64,000 nucleotides of DNA from an uncultured bacterium. Lineage in GTDB: Bacteria > Bacillota_I > Bacilli_A > RFN20 > CAG-826. The stretch spans positions 83,064 to 147,063 of the forward strand of contig CASDWE010000002.1 in assembly GCA_949284685.1 (NCBI GenBank), in the 5' to 3' direction. Of the stretch, positions 10,060 to 17,786 are shown piece by piece; position 1 is the first letter of the stretch, and every line of letters begins with the position of its first letter. The translations under genes were made by a program, and so were the position numbers. Below the pieces are notes generated by a model. That model did no database searches and was not told the origin of the DNA. It was given only the letters and a program-made list of their open reading frames with translations.

Positions 10060-10455
10060 TTAAGAAACACGATATGGATATGGGAGTAACTCTTTTGCTT
10101 TAATTTTAACTAAAGTGTTATCGTTAGTTTTGATAATAACATAACATTCAGGCATATAATCGGAAAGTATTTGTCGACAATTTCCACATGGTGACATAAC
10201 TTCTCCATTTTCACCATTAATAGCCACTATAGCTTCAAAATTTCTTTCACCCGCTGTAATAGCACTTCCTAGTGCTACTTGTTCAGCACATGCACCATGT
10301 ATGGAATAAACATTTACACCCACATATATATTTCCATTTTTACATTTTAATGCTGCACCCACTGTATGAAGAAAACTTTTTTCGTCATAATTATTTTTAA
10401 TCGCTTGTTTTGCTTTTTCGATTAATTGGAAATCTGATTTATCCAAATTTTTCAT
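10060..10455 (-). CDS. Cytidine-deaminase-fold zinc enzyme, blasticidin-S deaminase (BSD)-like
   Basis: Zinc-ligand motifs CAE (HGACAEQVALG) and PCGNCRQ are present. The overall pattern LIEKAKQAI...GVNVYSIHGACAE...IVAINGENGEVMSPCGNCRQIL...ELLPYPY resembles, from memory, Aspergillus BSD (LIERATATI...GVNVYHFTGGPCAE...[22 protein letters not shown]...ELLPSGY) more than B. subtilis Cdd. Confidence 0.7.
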   Translation of the reverse strand: MKNLDKSDFQLIEKAKQAIKNNYDEKSFLHTVGAALKCKNGNIYVGVNVYSIHGACAEQVALGSAITAGERNFEAIVAINGENGEVMSPCGNCRQILSDYMPECYVIIKTNDNTLVKIKAKELLPYPYRVS

Positions 10456-10762
10456 TTTATTATCGCGTTATCCAGTGAAACCTAATTTGATAACTGAATA
10501 ACTTTCTCCTTTCTAGGATATAATTTGTTTCTATCTGCCTAATAATTTTTGTCATTAGATGTTTAAGAAATTTTTAGAACACGTCTTTTTACTATCATCG
10601 TTAATTAACAAAATATTTAATAAGAATTATCAATTTATTAGGTGAATATTCCGTAGACTTAAGTCTTTCGATAATATCATCAACCTAGACCCCATTACCG
10701 ATATCAATCGTGCTCCCAAGTTTTATCATAGATTCGATAATAATATTACTATAAATTTAATG

Positions 10763-11653
10763 TTAGTATTGCACCTTAAAATAGTCTAGATAAAGTTTAA
10801 ATTTGTCTTGTGCCATCAGGCAGGTATCGCGTAAATAACCACGATCATTCATCCATTCTTTTAAGCCGTGATAATAGAATAGTTGCAGTTCTTCATCGAT
10901 AATGAACGGCACGATATTGTATTTTAGGCATTCCTTGAAAAGCAACAACCTACCGATCCGCCCATTTCCGTCTTGGAAAGGATGAATACACTCGAATTTG
11001 TAATGAAAGTCCAAAAGGTCGTCAAAAGTCTTTTCTTTCTTTGCGTTGTATTCAAAAAGCAATTTCTTCATTTTTTGGGCGACTTCTTCAGGTTGCGCCG
11101 TAAACATATCCCCAACGGTATTCGGCAATCGTTTATAATCGCCAACAGTAAACCAATCTTGACGGGCATCCGTTGTTCCGCTTTTTAATGTGCGATGCAA
11201 TTCCTTTATGAATGTTTCCGTAATTGGCTTTTTTGCGTTTTCAATAATCATGTCAATACACTTAAAGTGATTAGCCGTTTCTACAATGTCGTCAACCTTA
11301 ACCGAGCCGCCGTCGATCCCGATGGTGTTCGTTTCAAAAATGTAACGGGTTTGGTCGTGCGTCAAACGATTTCCTTCAATATGATTGGAATTGTATGTTA
11401 ATTCGATTTGTACCTTATGATAAATGCCACCCGAAAGTTTTGCTTTCTTTTCAGCCGAAAGTACTTCTAAAAGGGTAGTCGGCAATGCAACTTTCTTATT
11501 TGCGCGATCGGGTTTTTGAGCGTCTTCGGGAATATTCCAAGTCTTACCCGTTAAAAACGCGCCAGTTATCTTTCCTAAAGCACAGTAGTTGCGGACACTC
11601 CGTTCCGATATATTCCATTTTTTAGCTGTTTCGGTTACAGACAAATATTTCAT
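10763..11653 (-). CDS. Fic-family AMPylase-type protein with an N-terminal HTH (class II, intramolecular inhibitory motif)
   Basis: The Fic motif HPFQDGNGRIGR lies at nt 10949-10984. The inhibitory (S/T)xxxE(G/N) motif SNHIEG lies at nt 11372-11389. The N-terminal HTH is LSVTETAKKWNISERSVRNYCALGKI. A GAGGTG SD is present. G+C is clearly higher than in the flanks. Confidence 0.9.
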   Translation of the reverse strand: MKYLSVTETAKKWNISERSVRNYCALGKITGAFLTGKTWNIPEDAQKPDRANKKVALPTTLLEVLSAEKKAKLSGGIYHKVQIELTYNSNHIEGNRLTHDQTRYIFETNTIGIDGGSVKVDDIVETANHFKCIDMIIENAKKPITETFIKELHRTLKSGTTDARQDWFTVGDYKRLPNTVGDMFTAQPEEVAQKMKKLLFEYNAKKEKTFDDLLDFHYKFECIHPFQDGNGRIGRLLLFKECLKYNIVPFIIDEELQLFYYHGLKEWMNDRGYLRDTCLMAQDKFKLYLDYFKVQY

Positions 11654-11685
11654 ACCATTGCACCTCGTCTATTGGTATATCATAT

Positions 11686-11750
11686 TATCGGCAAAAATGC
11701 AAATATATATTTATATAATTATGCGATATTTTGCCGATATAGGCAAAAAT
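11686..11750. promoter_or_regulatory. Perfect 11-bp inverted repeat plus a third half-site upstream of the Fic gene. This is a candidate operator overlapping a possible promoter.
   Basis: TATCGGCAAAA (11686-11696) and TTTTGCCGATA (11729-11739) are perfect reverse complements separated by 32 nt. A related direct copy, TAGGCAAAAAT, lies at 11740-11750. On the minus strand, TTGCCT-17 nt-CATAAT overlaps these sites. Confidence 0.4.
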
Positions 11751-12013
11751 ATTAACTTAATATCTATGAAATTTTCATAAAGAATAATTAAAAATGCACT
11801 GAAATTTAAATCAATAACGAATACGGAACAACACCAAAAAATAGTAAAACCCCGGATTATTGGAGAAAAGAGTGCTCAAATAGCTGATTTTTCGACAATT
11901 CGATTTGTTAAACAACAATTTATAAATTCACAAAGTAGTTATTAACTTGCTCTTTCTTGTTCTATTAAATATATGTAAGCATTTTAGACTGCTTGTAATT
12001 ATTCTATTGTTTG

Positions 12014-12294
12014 TTACATTCTGAATAAATATTTATTTAAGAAATCTTCAACATTTTTATGCAAAAGCTCTTTATATAATTCCATCATTGTCTCGCAATC
12101 TGATACAGGAATGCTTTTTCCCGTGTTTCTTTGCATAATCTTTGAGATTGGATTTATGAATCGGGCTAACACTTAAATCGTAAAGAGACTTTTGCAGATC
12201 AATTGCTTCCACTTTTTCATATTCAATTCCAAGTTCTTTACAATTCATTTTAAAAGCACCAAAATCTGTTGAACTAAAAACAATTTTTTCTCAT
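12014..12294 (-). pseudogene. Small ORF directly downstream of the ATPase gene, broken by two A-run frameshifts (possible DUF1835-like N-terminal fragment)
   Basis: ATG 12292-12294 is followed by an A6 run and a stop after 6 codons. Shifting one nt gives MRKIVFSSTDFGAFKMNCKELGIEYEKVEAIDLQKSLYDLSVSPIHKSNLKDYAKKHGK. A second shift in GGGAAAAAG continues SIPVSDCETMMELYKELLHKNVEDFLNKYLFRM*. The family guess is weak. Confidence 0.35.
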
Positions 12295-12304
12295 GGATGT
12301 AGCC

Positions 12305-13639
12305 TTAAAGATTACCAATTAATGTTGGAGACAAATAAATTGGCTTTATTTCAATCATTTTGTCATTGGAAATATCTTTTTGAGAAAACAAAATTCTCCT
12401 TGAGATTATATGAGAGTATTTTTCAATAAATAAATCTAATGATTTATAATTCTTAATATTTCCTGATTTTACCTCAATAGGAATGATTTTATTTTTGCTA
12501 CTTATTAAAAAGTCGATTTCGTAAGGATGTTTGTCGTTTTTTTCATACCAATAATGATAAAATAAATCCCTTCCGTTAGATTTTATAATTTGCGCTAAAG
12601 CGTTTTCATATAAATACCCCAAATTAGCTTCTAATTTATCGCTTAACAATTTATTATAAATATTGCCATCGATAAAAGTTTTATCATTGAAAAGCATCGT
12701 AGTAAATAATCCTATATCGCTTAAATACAATTTAAAATGACTTAAATCTTTGTTTAAATTAAGTGCGATACTTGGCTCAGTTACGTTATAACAAATTAAT
12801 ACTGTTTTTGAATCAATTAAATCAAAAAGCAATTCTAAATCTTTATTAGTGGGTCTTTTATTTACTGCTCTGCTTAATAAAAATTTTGTATTTTTTAACG
12901 CTAATTGACTCGGAATCGAATCATAAATCATCGATATTCTTCCGCTATTATCAATCTTTCTAAAATCAGCTTGATATAATTGAATAATTTCTCTTTTAAC
13001 GGCATCAATTTCAACAAATGTTTTCTTGTTTAAAAACGCTTCTATCGACTGTGGCATCCCTCCAACGGCCATATAAAGTCTAAAATCTCTCATAAGTTTT
13101 CTGTTTACTGCATTTCCTAATGGCTTATTGGATTTTAAAATTTTTTCAAATATCGAATAGTCTATATTACAAGCCCAGCAAAATTCTTCATAATCTAATG
13201 GATAAACATCAATTTTCATTTCTTCCGAAGGGATTAGAATATCTTTAACATTTTTCTTTATACTTATTAATGAACCAGTTTCGATATAGTCATATCGCCC
13301 ATCTCCAACCAAATGCTTTATCGCTTGTCTAGCCTTTGGACAAAATTGTATTTCATCAAAAATAATTGCAGATTCTCTTTCGTATAGTTTTATCGAAGTT
13401 AATGACTGCAACCTTAAAAAGAAAAAATCTAAATCAGACAAATCATCGAATAAATCAATAATGCTTTTAGAGGCATTAGAAAAATCTATCAAAATATAGG
13501 ATTTATAATTTTCTTTTGCAAAATTTATAGCAAGCGTTGTCTTTCCAACACGACGAGCCCCCTCTAATAAAATTGCATATTTTCCGTTATAAGTTTCTTT
13601 CCATTTTTTCAGTTTATCAGCAACTTTTCTTTTAAACAT
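12305..13639 (-). CDS. AAA-family ATPase with a DUF4143-type C-terminal region (PD-(D/E)xK-like motif)
   Basis: Walker A is LEGARRVGKTT and Walker B-like is AIIFDEIQ. The C-terminus YEIDFLISSKNKIIPIEVKSG fits a D...ExK nuclease signature. I prefer the start MFKRKVADKL at 13639 over the track's upstream start at 13687. Confidence 0.75.
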   Translation of the reverse strand: MFKRKVADKLKKWKETYNGKYAILLEGARRVGKTTLAINFAKENYKSYILIDFSNASKSIIDLFDDLSDLDFFFLRLQSLTSIKLYERESAIIFDEIQFCPKARQAIKHLVGDGRYDYIETGSLISIKKNVKDILIPSEEMKIDVYPLDYEEFCWACNIDYSIFEKILKSNKPLGNAVNRKLMRDFRLYMAVGGMPQSIEAFLNKKTFVEIDAVKREIIQLYQADFRKIDNSGRISMIYDSIPSQLALKNTKFLLSRAVNKRPTNKDLELLFDLIDSKTVLICYNVTEPSIALNLNKDLSHFKLYLSDIGLFTTMLFNDKTFIDGNIYNKLLSDKLEANLGYLYENALAQIIKSNGRDLFYHYWYEKNDKHPYEIDFLISSKNKIIPIEVKSGNIKNYKSLDLFIEKYSHIISRRILFSQKDISNDKMIEIKPIYLSPTLIGNL

Positions 13640-13812
13640 ATTACATTTCCTCACAAATATTATAAAGAATAAATATCGTTTCCTCAACTAATATTTTCTT
13701 TAAAATTGCAGTTTCCCCAAAATATTTAAGACATTTGTTCAGCAAAGATTTCTGCTCCTTGGTTTCTTCAATTGTTGACAAAGGATAGAAGACCAATTCG
13801 TCAGTGGAAGAC

Positions 13813-14088
13813 TTAGGTTTTGTTTTGCACTTCCACTTTAAGAATCAAGGACATATTGATCCAGATTTTTAGTTTGTACTTGGCAAACTGCAAATCGAAT
13901 ATGTTTGTCTTATTCACCTTGAAAGCTATATATATCTTCTTCGCCAAAATCTCGAAATTATCTAACTTCCGAATCTCTTCTTTTAGATAGCTATATAAAT
14001 CTTTTAGTTGGTCGCTAGTGTCCTCTAGATGGTATTCCTCAGAGTACTCGATATGCTCGTCCTTATTTTCGATGGCTATGATATGACC
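13813..14088 (-). pseudogene. Orphan C-terminal fragment of a DUF5655-like protein
   Basis: The open frame begins right after an in-frame TAG: GHIIAIENKDEHIEYSEEYHLEDTSDQLKDLYSYLKEEIRKLDNFEILAKKIYIAFKVNKTNIFDLQFAKYKLKIWINMSLILKVEVQNKT*. The pattern L..LY..L...I..L......KYIAFK......F.....K.KLKIW.N recalls DUF5655. There is no start codon and the expected GHWGNG part is missing. G+C is about 35-37%. Confidence 0.4.
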
Positions 14089-14137
14089 CTAAAATTTTAG
14101 GATACGACATAATGAGCACGAATTGGTAAGATTTGGT

Positions 14138-14170
14138 AAAAAAAGAACTTATAATGCTTACACATTATAG
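14138..14170 (-). terminator. Weak AT-rich hairpin plus U-run downstream of tRNA-Leu
   Basis: The minus strand reads TATAATG-tgtaag-CATTATA followed by TTCTTTTTTT. The stem has 7 bp with only one G:C pair. Confidence 0.35.
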
Positions 14171-14184
14171 GTGTTCGTCAGAAA

Positions 14185-14269
14185 TGGTGAGGTTAACAGG
14201 ATTTGAACCTGCATGAGATTTCTCACTAGTTTCTGAGTCTAGCGCGTCTACCAGTTCCGCCATAACCTC
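14185..14269 (-). tRNA. tRNA-Leu (anticodon CAG), class II with a long variable arm and encoded CCA
   Basis: The minus strand reads GAGGTTA TG GCG GAACTGGTAGA CGC G CTAGA CTCAGAA ACTAG TGAGAAATCTCAT GCAGG TTCAAAT CCTGT TAACCTC ACCA. The acceptor, D, variable and T arms all pair. The loop-closing 31:39 pair is A.A. Confidence 0.85.
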
Positions 14270-14319
14270 ATCGATAATTATTTTAACATAAAGTTAAAAA
14301 TAGTGTTATAATCCTAGTC

Positions 14320-15495
14320 ATGGTTACTCTTTTAAGAAAACTTTTTATCAAAAATTACAAAGATGTCAATAATCCAAAAATAAGAGAAAAACATGGTTTT
14401 TTAGCTTCTATTTCAGGAATAGTTATAAATGCTATTCTTTTTATTGGGAAAATTTTAGTTGGAATTTTTACTTTATCAGCATCAGTCATTAGCGATGCAA
14501 TTAATAATTTAACGGACTTTTTTTCATGCTTAATAAATTTGATTGGGTTTAAAATTAGTTCAAAACCCGCTGATAAAAAACATCCCTATGGACACGAAAG
14601 AGCCGAATACATTGCAGGAATGATTATATCATTTATCATTATCACCTTAGCGGTTATTTTAGGTTACAGTGCAATAATGAAATTGATTAATAAAGAACCT
14701 GCTCCAGTTTATGAAATGTATTCTTTTATCATTTTAGGTATAGCAATAATATTTAAAATTATATTGGCCTACGTTTATTATGGAATTGGAAAAGCTATCT
14801 CATCTGAATCAATTAAAGCAAGCATGCAAGATTCTATAAATGACGCGATATGTACGACAGGGGTTTTGATTTGTGCACTGATTAGTTATTTTATTGATGG
14901 TCTTTGGTGGTTAGATCCCACTGTAAGTCTTGTTATTTCTTTATTTATTTTATATTCAGGAATAAAACTTATTTTTGAAACCGCTTCACCACTTCTAGGA
15001 GTTCGACCAGATGATAGTTTTTTAAAACAAATTGAAAATGATATTAAATCTTATACTGGAGTTTTAGGAATTCATGATTTGCAATATCATTCTTACGGAC
15101 ATAGTAAAATATTTATATCTCTTCATGTTGAAATAGATGGACGTTCAAACATTATGGTTGCACATGATTTAATAGATAATATCGAAAATGAAATTGCAAA
15201 AAAATATAAAGTTAATATCACTATCCATATGGATCCAATAGATATTGATAATCCAAAATTAGAATTGATCAAACAATTTATTAATAACACCTTAAAAGAA
15301 ATTAATCCAAAATATACTTTTCATGATGTTCGCCTCGTCAGTGGACCAACTCATACAAATGTTGTTTTTGACATTAATGTTCCTTTAGAAGATAAAATAA
15401 AAGATGAAGAATTAAAAGAAAAAATGAGAGTCGCGATTAAAAAATTTGATTCCTCATATGAAACAATTATTAAAATAGATAGAAATATAGATTAA
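14320..15495 (+). CDS. Cation diffusion facilitator (CDF) family divalent-metal efflux transporter
   Basis: There are six N-terminal TM helices with the DA.NNL.D and HPYGHERAE motifs, followed by a C-terminal cytoplasmic domain (HDLQYHSYGHS.IFISLHVEID). This architecture is typical of CDF proteins. Confidence 0.85.
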   Translation: MVTLLRKLFIKNYKDVNNPKIREKHGFLASISGIVINAILFIGKILVGIFTLSASVISDAINNLTDFFSCLINLIGFKISSKPADKKHPYGHERAEYIAGMIISFIIITLAVILGYSAIMKLINKEPAPVYEMYSFIILGIAIIFKIILAYVYYGIGKAISSESIKASMQDSINDAICTTGVLICALISYFIDGLWWLDPTVSLVISLFILYSGIKLIFETASPLLGVRPDDSFLKQIENDIKSYTGVLGIHDLQYHSYGHSKIFISLHVEIDGRSNIMVAHDLIDNIENEIAKKYKVNITIHMDPIDIDNPKLELIKQFINNTLKEINPKYTFHDVRLVSGPTHTNVVFDINVPLEDKIKDEELKEKMRVAIKKFDSSYETIIKIDRNID

Positions 15496-16370
15496 AAAGC
15501 TAAACCTATTAAATAAAATATTCCTAAAAACACGAGTTGATGGCAAATGTAAAAAATAAATGAATGACGGCCAAGAAAACAAATAGGTTTTAATCCTTTA
15601 TAATGATGCCCCATGTGTTTTGATTTATCCTTATAATAAGTTTTGCTAATAAATACACCTAGGAAGAAAAATAAGATAAATGGAAATAAAGACATATAAT
15701 CCGCTTGATTATAAAATTTATCATTAACAATAACACTATTAGCATCAGGAGACCATAATGGCCAAACTAAAACAGGTTCATCTTTAAAAGCTTGATATAG
15801 TTCGGGCAAAACAAGAAGATAAAATAAAAATAGTATTAAAGAAAATGCTGCAATGATTTTTAAAGATTTATTTTCAAAAAAAGTATAAATTAAAACGGAA
15901 CAAGCGATAACAGCAATTATGTTAAAATTAATAACTGATCCTGTTGGCATAAAAGCATTTGCTAAATTAGTAATAACAGCGATACCTAAAAATAATCCCA
16001 CCATTCGAATCGTTCGTTTTGAATTGTTTTTTGAGAAAGCACAAGAAATTCCACTTAGCAATACAAAAGTAGCTAATCCAATAAATTGAATAATCGCACG
16101 GAAAGAACTGTTCCAATAATCAGCGGTTAAATGACCAATAATATAAAGAGGTGAATTAACATCTCCTTTTGCCCACATCGGAAAAAAATATAATATATCC
16201 CATAAAATATGGTCAATAAATACAAAGCATAAAAAAAGCCCTCTTAAAAAATCAATAAGTACGATTCGATTATAAAATGGTGATTTTTTAGATGATTTTT
16301 TGATATCGAGAATTTCACTTGCTATTTGTTTCACAAAAAATATTTTATTAAAATAATAATAATTTAACAA
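15492..16370 (-). CDS. Polytopic membrane protein, DUF1624 / heparan-alpha-glucosaminide N-acetyltransferase-like
   Basis: The NRIVLIDFLRGLFLCFVFIDH entry motif and roughly 9 TM helices fit this family. The track start is a TTG only 46 nt from the divergent asnA, so the true start is uncertain and may be internal. Confidence 0.5.
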   Translation of the reverse strand: MLNYYYFNKIFFVKQIASEILDIKKSSKKSPFYNRIVLIDFLRGLFLCFVFIDHILWDILYFFPMWAKGDVNSPLYIIGHLTADYWNSSFRAIIQFIGLATFVLLSGISCAFSKNNSKRTIRMVGLFLGIAVITNLANAFMPTGSVINFNIIAVIACSVLIYTFFENKSLKIIAAFSLILFLFYLLVLPELYQAFKDEPVLVWPLWSPDANSVIVNDKFYNQADYMSLFPFILFFFLGVFISKTYYKDKSKHMGHHYKGLKPICFLGRHSFIFYICHQLVFLGIFYLIGLAF

Positions 16371-16416
16371 TAATTAAAAGTAATTTATAATTTCAAATAT
16401 ACGAGAATTATTTAAA

Positions 16417-17415
16417 ATGCATACATCAAACAAATATAAAGACAAATTATCATTTCTAGAAACGTTTAATGCCATAAAATTTTTAAAAGATAATTTTGAA
16501 AATATTTTAGCTAAAAAATTAAATTTAACAAGAATAAGTGCACCACTTTTTGTTACAAAATCAAGTGGTTTAAACGATAATTTAAATGGGACTGAAAAAC
16601 CAGTAAGTTTTAATGTTGATTTTTCTAATGACGAAATTGAAATAGTTCAATCCTTGGCGAAATGGAAAAGAAACGCATTAAAAGAATATAATTTTAATCT
16701 TTATCAAGGTTTATATTCAGATATGAACGCGATTAGAAAAGATGAAATTGTAGATAATATTCATTCTGTCTATGTAGATCAATGGGATTGGGAATTAATA
16801 ATAAAACAAGAAGATCGAAATTTAGAATTTTTATTTCAAATAGTTAATAAAATTTATGATTGTTTTTTGCAATTAGAGAAAATGGTATTAGAAAAATATT
16901 CTGTTTTAAATAAAAAATTACCAAAAGAAATCTCATTTATATCAAGTGAAGAATTATACGAACTGTATCCTAAAATTGATGCAAAGCAAAGAGAATATTT
17001 ATATACAAAAAAGAATAAAGCATGTTTTATTTATAAAATTGGTTATCCTTTAAAAGATAGAAAACCACATGATATGCGCGCTGCTGATTACGATGATTGG
17101 AATTTAAATGGTGATATATTAGTGTATGATGAAATTTTAGATTGTGCTTTAGAATTATCATCAATGGGTATAAGAGTTAATAAAAATTCTTTATTAAAAC
17201 AATTAAAAATTAAAAATGAGGAATATAAAATCTCAAATAAATATCATCAGGATGTAATTAATAATGTTTTGCCTTACACTATTGGAGGTGGAATTGGACA
17301 ATCGAGATTATGTTTGTTCTTTTTAGAAAAGATACATATAGGTCAAGTTCAATCATCAATTTGGAGTAAAAGCGAAAAAGAAAAGGCGAAATTATTAGAC
17401 ATTAAATTATTGTAA
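16417..17415 (+). CDS. asnA: Aspartate--ammonia ligase (asparagine synthetase A)
   Basis: The 332-aa ORF has AsnA hallmarks: L.RISAPLFV...SGLNDNLNG.E.PVSF, DQWDWE, and GGGIGQSRLCLFFL near the C-terminus. Confidence 0.9.
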   Translation: MHTSNKYKDKLSFLETFNAIKFLKDNFENILAKKLNLTRISAPLFVTKSSGLNDNLNGTEKPVSFNVDFSNDEIEIVQSLAKWKRNALKEYNFNLYQGLYSDMNAIRKDEIVDNIHSVYVDQWDWELIIKQEDRNLEFLFQIVNKIYDCFLQLEKMVLEKYSVLNKKLPKEISFISSEELYELYPKIDAKQREYLYTKKNKACFIYKIGYPLKDRKPHDMRAADYDDWNLNGDILVYDEILDCALELSSMGIRVNKNSLLKQLKIKNEEYKISNKYHQDVINNVLPYTIGGGIGQSRLCLFFLEKIHIGQVQSSIWSKSEKEKAKLLDIKLL

Positions 17416-17495
17416 ATTATATAAAATCTTTGCAAATCGACTATAATTTAACTATTTTTAAATAAATTTAATAGTGCATTAAACTTAATTTTCTT

Positions 17496-17786
17496 TTATT
17501 TGGATATTTTTATCACTTGTGTTATTTTATCTGAAAATATAGTCATGAACAATACGATTTTCATACCTTTAATTTCTTTCCATGGAATGTCATGGTGATT
17601 TAATTTAAACTCCTTTGTTGGTCTTTCACTATTTTCAGCAATTTGAATAAATCCAAACATAATAGAATCTATATAAAAGACATTACTTTCTATTTCTTTT
17701 AGAGGCTTGTTTTGAAAATTTTTCTTTGGAAAATCAAAATCGTCAAGTATTTTATTTATGTAATAATTGTTATTTTTTACATTATC
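17496..17786 (-). pseudogene. HepT (DUF86) toxin remnant. The start is destroyed and the RX4HXY motif is out of frame.
   Basis: The coupled ATG at 17780-17782 is followed immediately by TAA. The body is open in another frame: ...FIQIAENSERPTKEFKLNHHDIPWKEIKGMKIVLFMTIFSDKITQVIKISK*. Adding one A to the A4 run at 17558-17561 restores GMKNRIVHDY, which is the HepT catalytic motif. Confidence 0.6.

Noticed and set aside
10456-10762. Fragmentary reading frames (for example ..KLGSTIDIGNGV.. and VDDIIERLKSTEYSPNKLIILIKYFVN) that hint at an HsdS-like or other remnant upstream of the deaminase gene
   Set aside because: They are too short and interrupted to assign. They are treated only as part of the decayed island and not annotated as a feature.
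15492-15495. Convergent CDF and DUF1624 genes whose stop codons overlap (TTAA)
   Set aside because: This is real but trivial compaction, and no additional structure was detected there.
12014-17786. Possibility that the homopolymer frameshifts in the small ORF (12014-12294) and in HepT (17496-17786) are sequencing errors
   Set aside because: This is not fully excluded. However, all 50-plus core genes in the window, many of them with long A/T runs, are intact. The affected loci also show truncations and lost start codons, so genuine decay is more likely. It is flagged for read-level verification.
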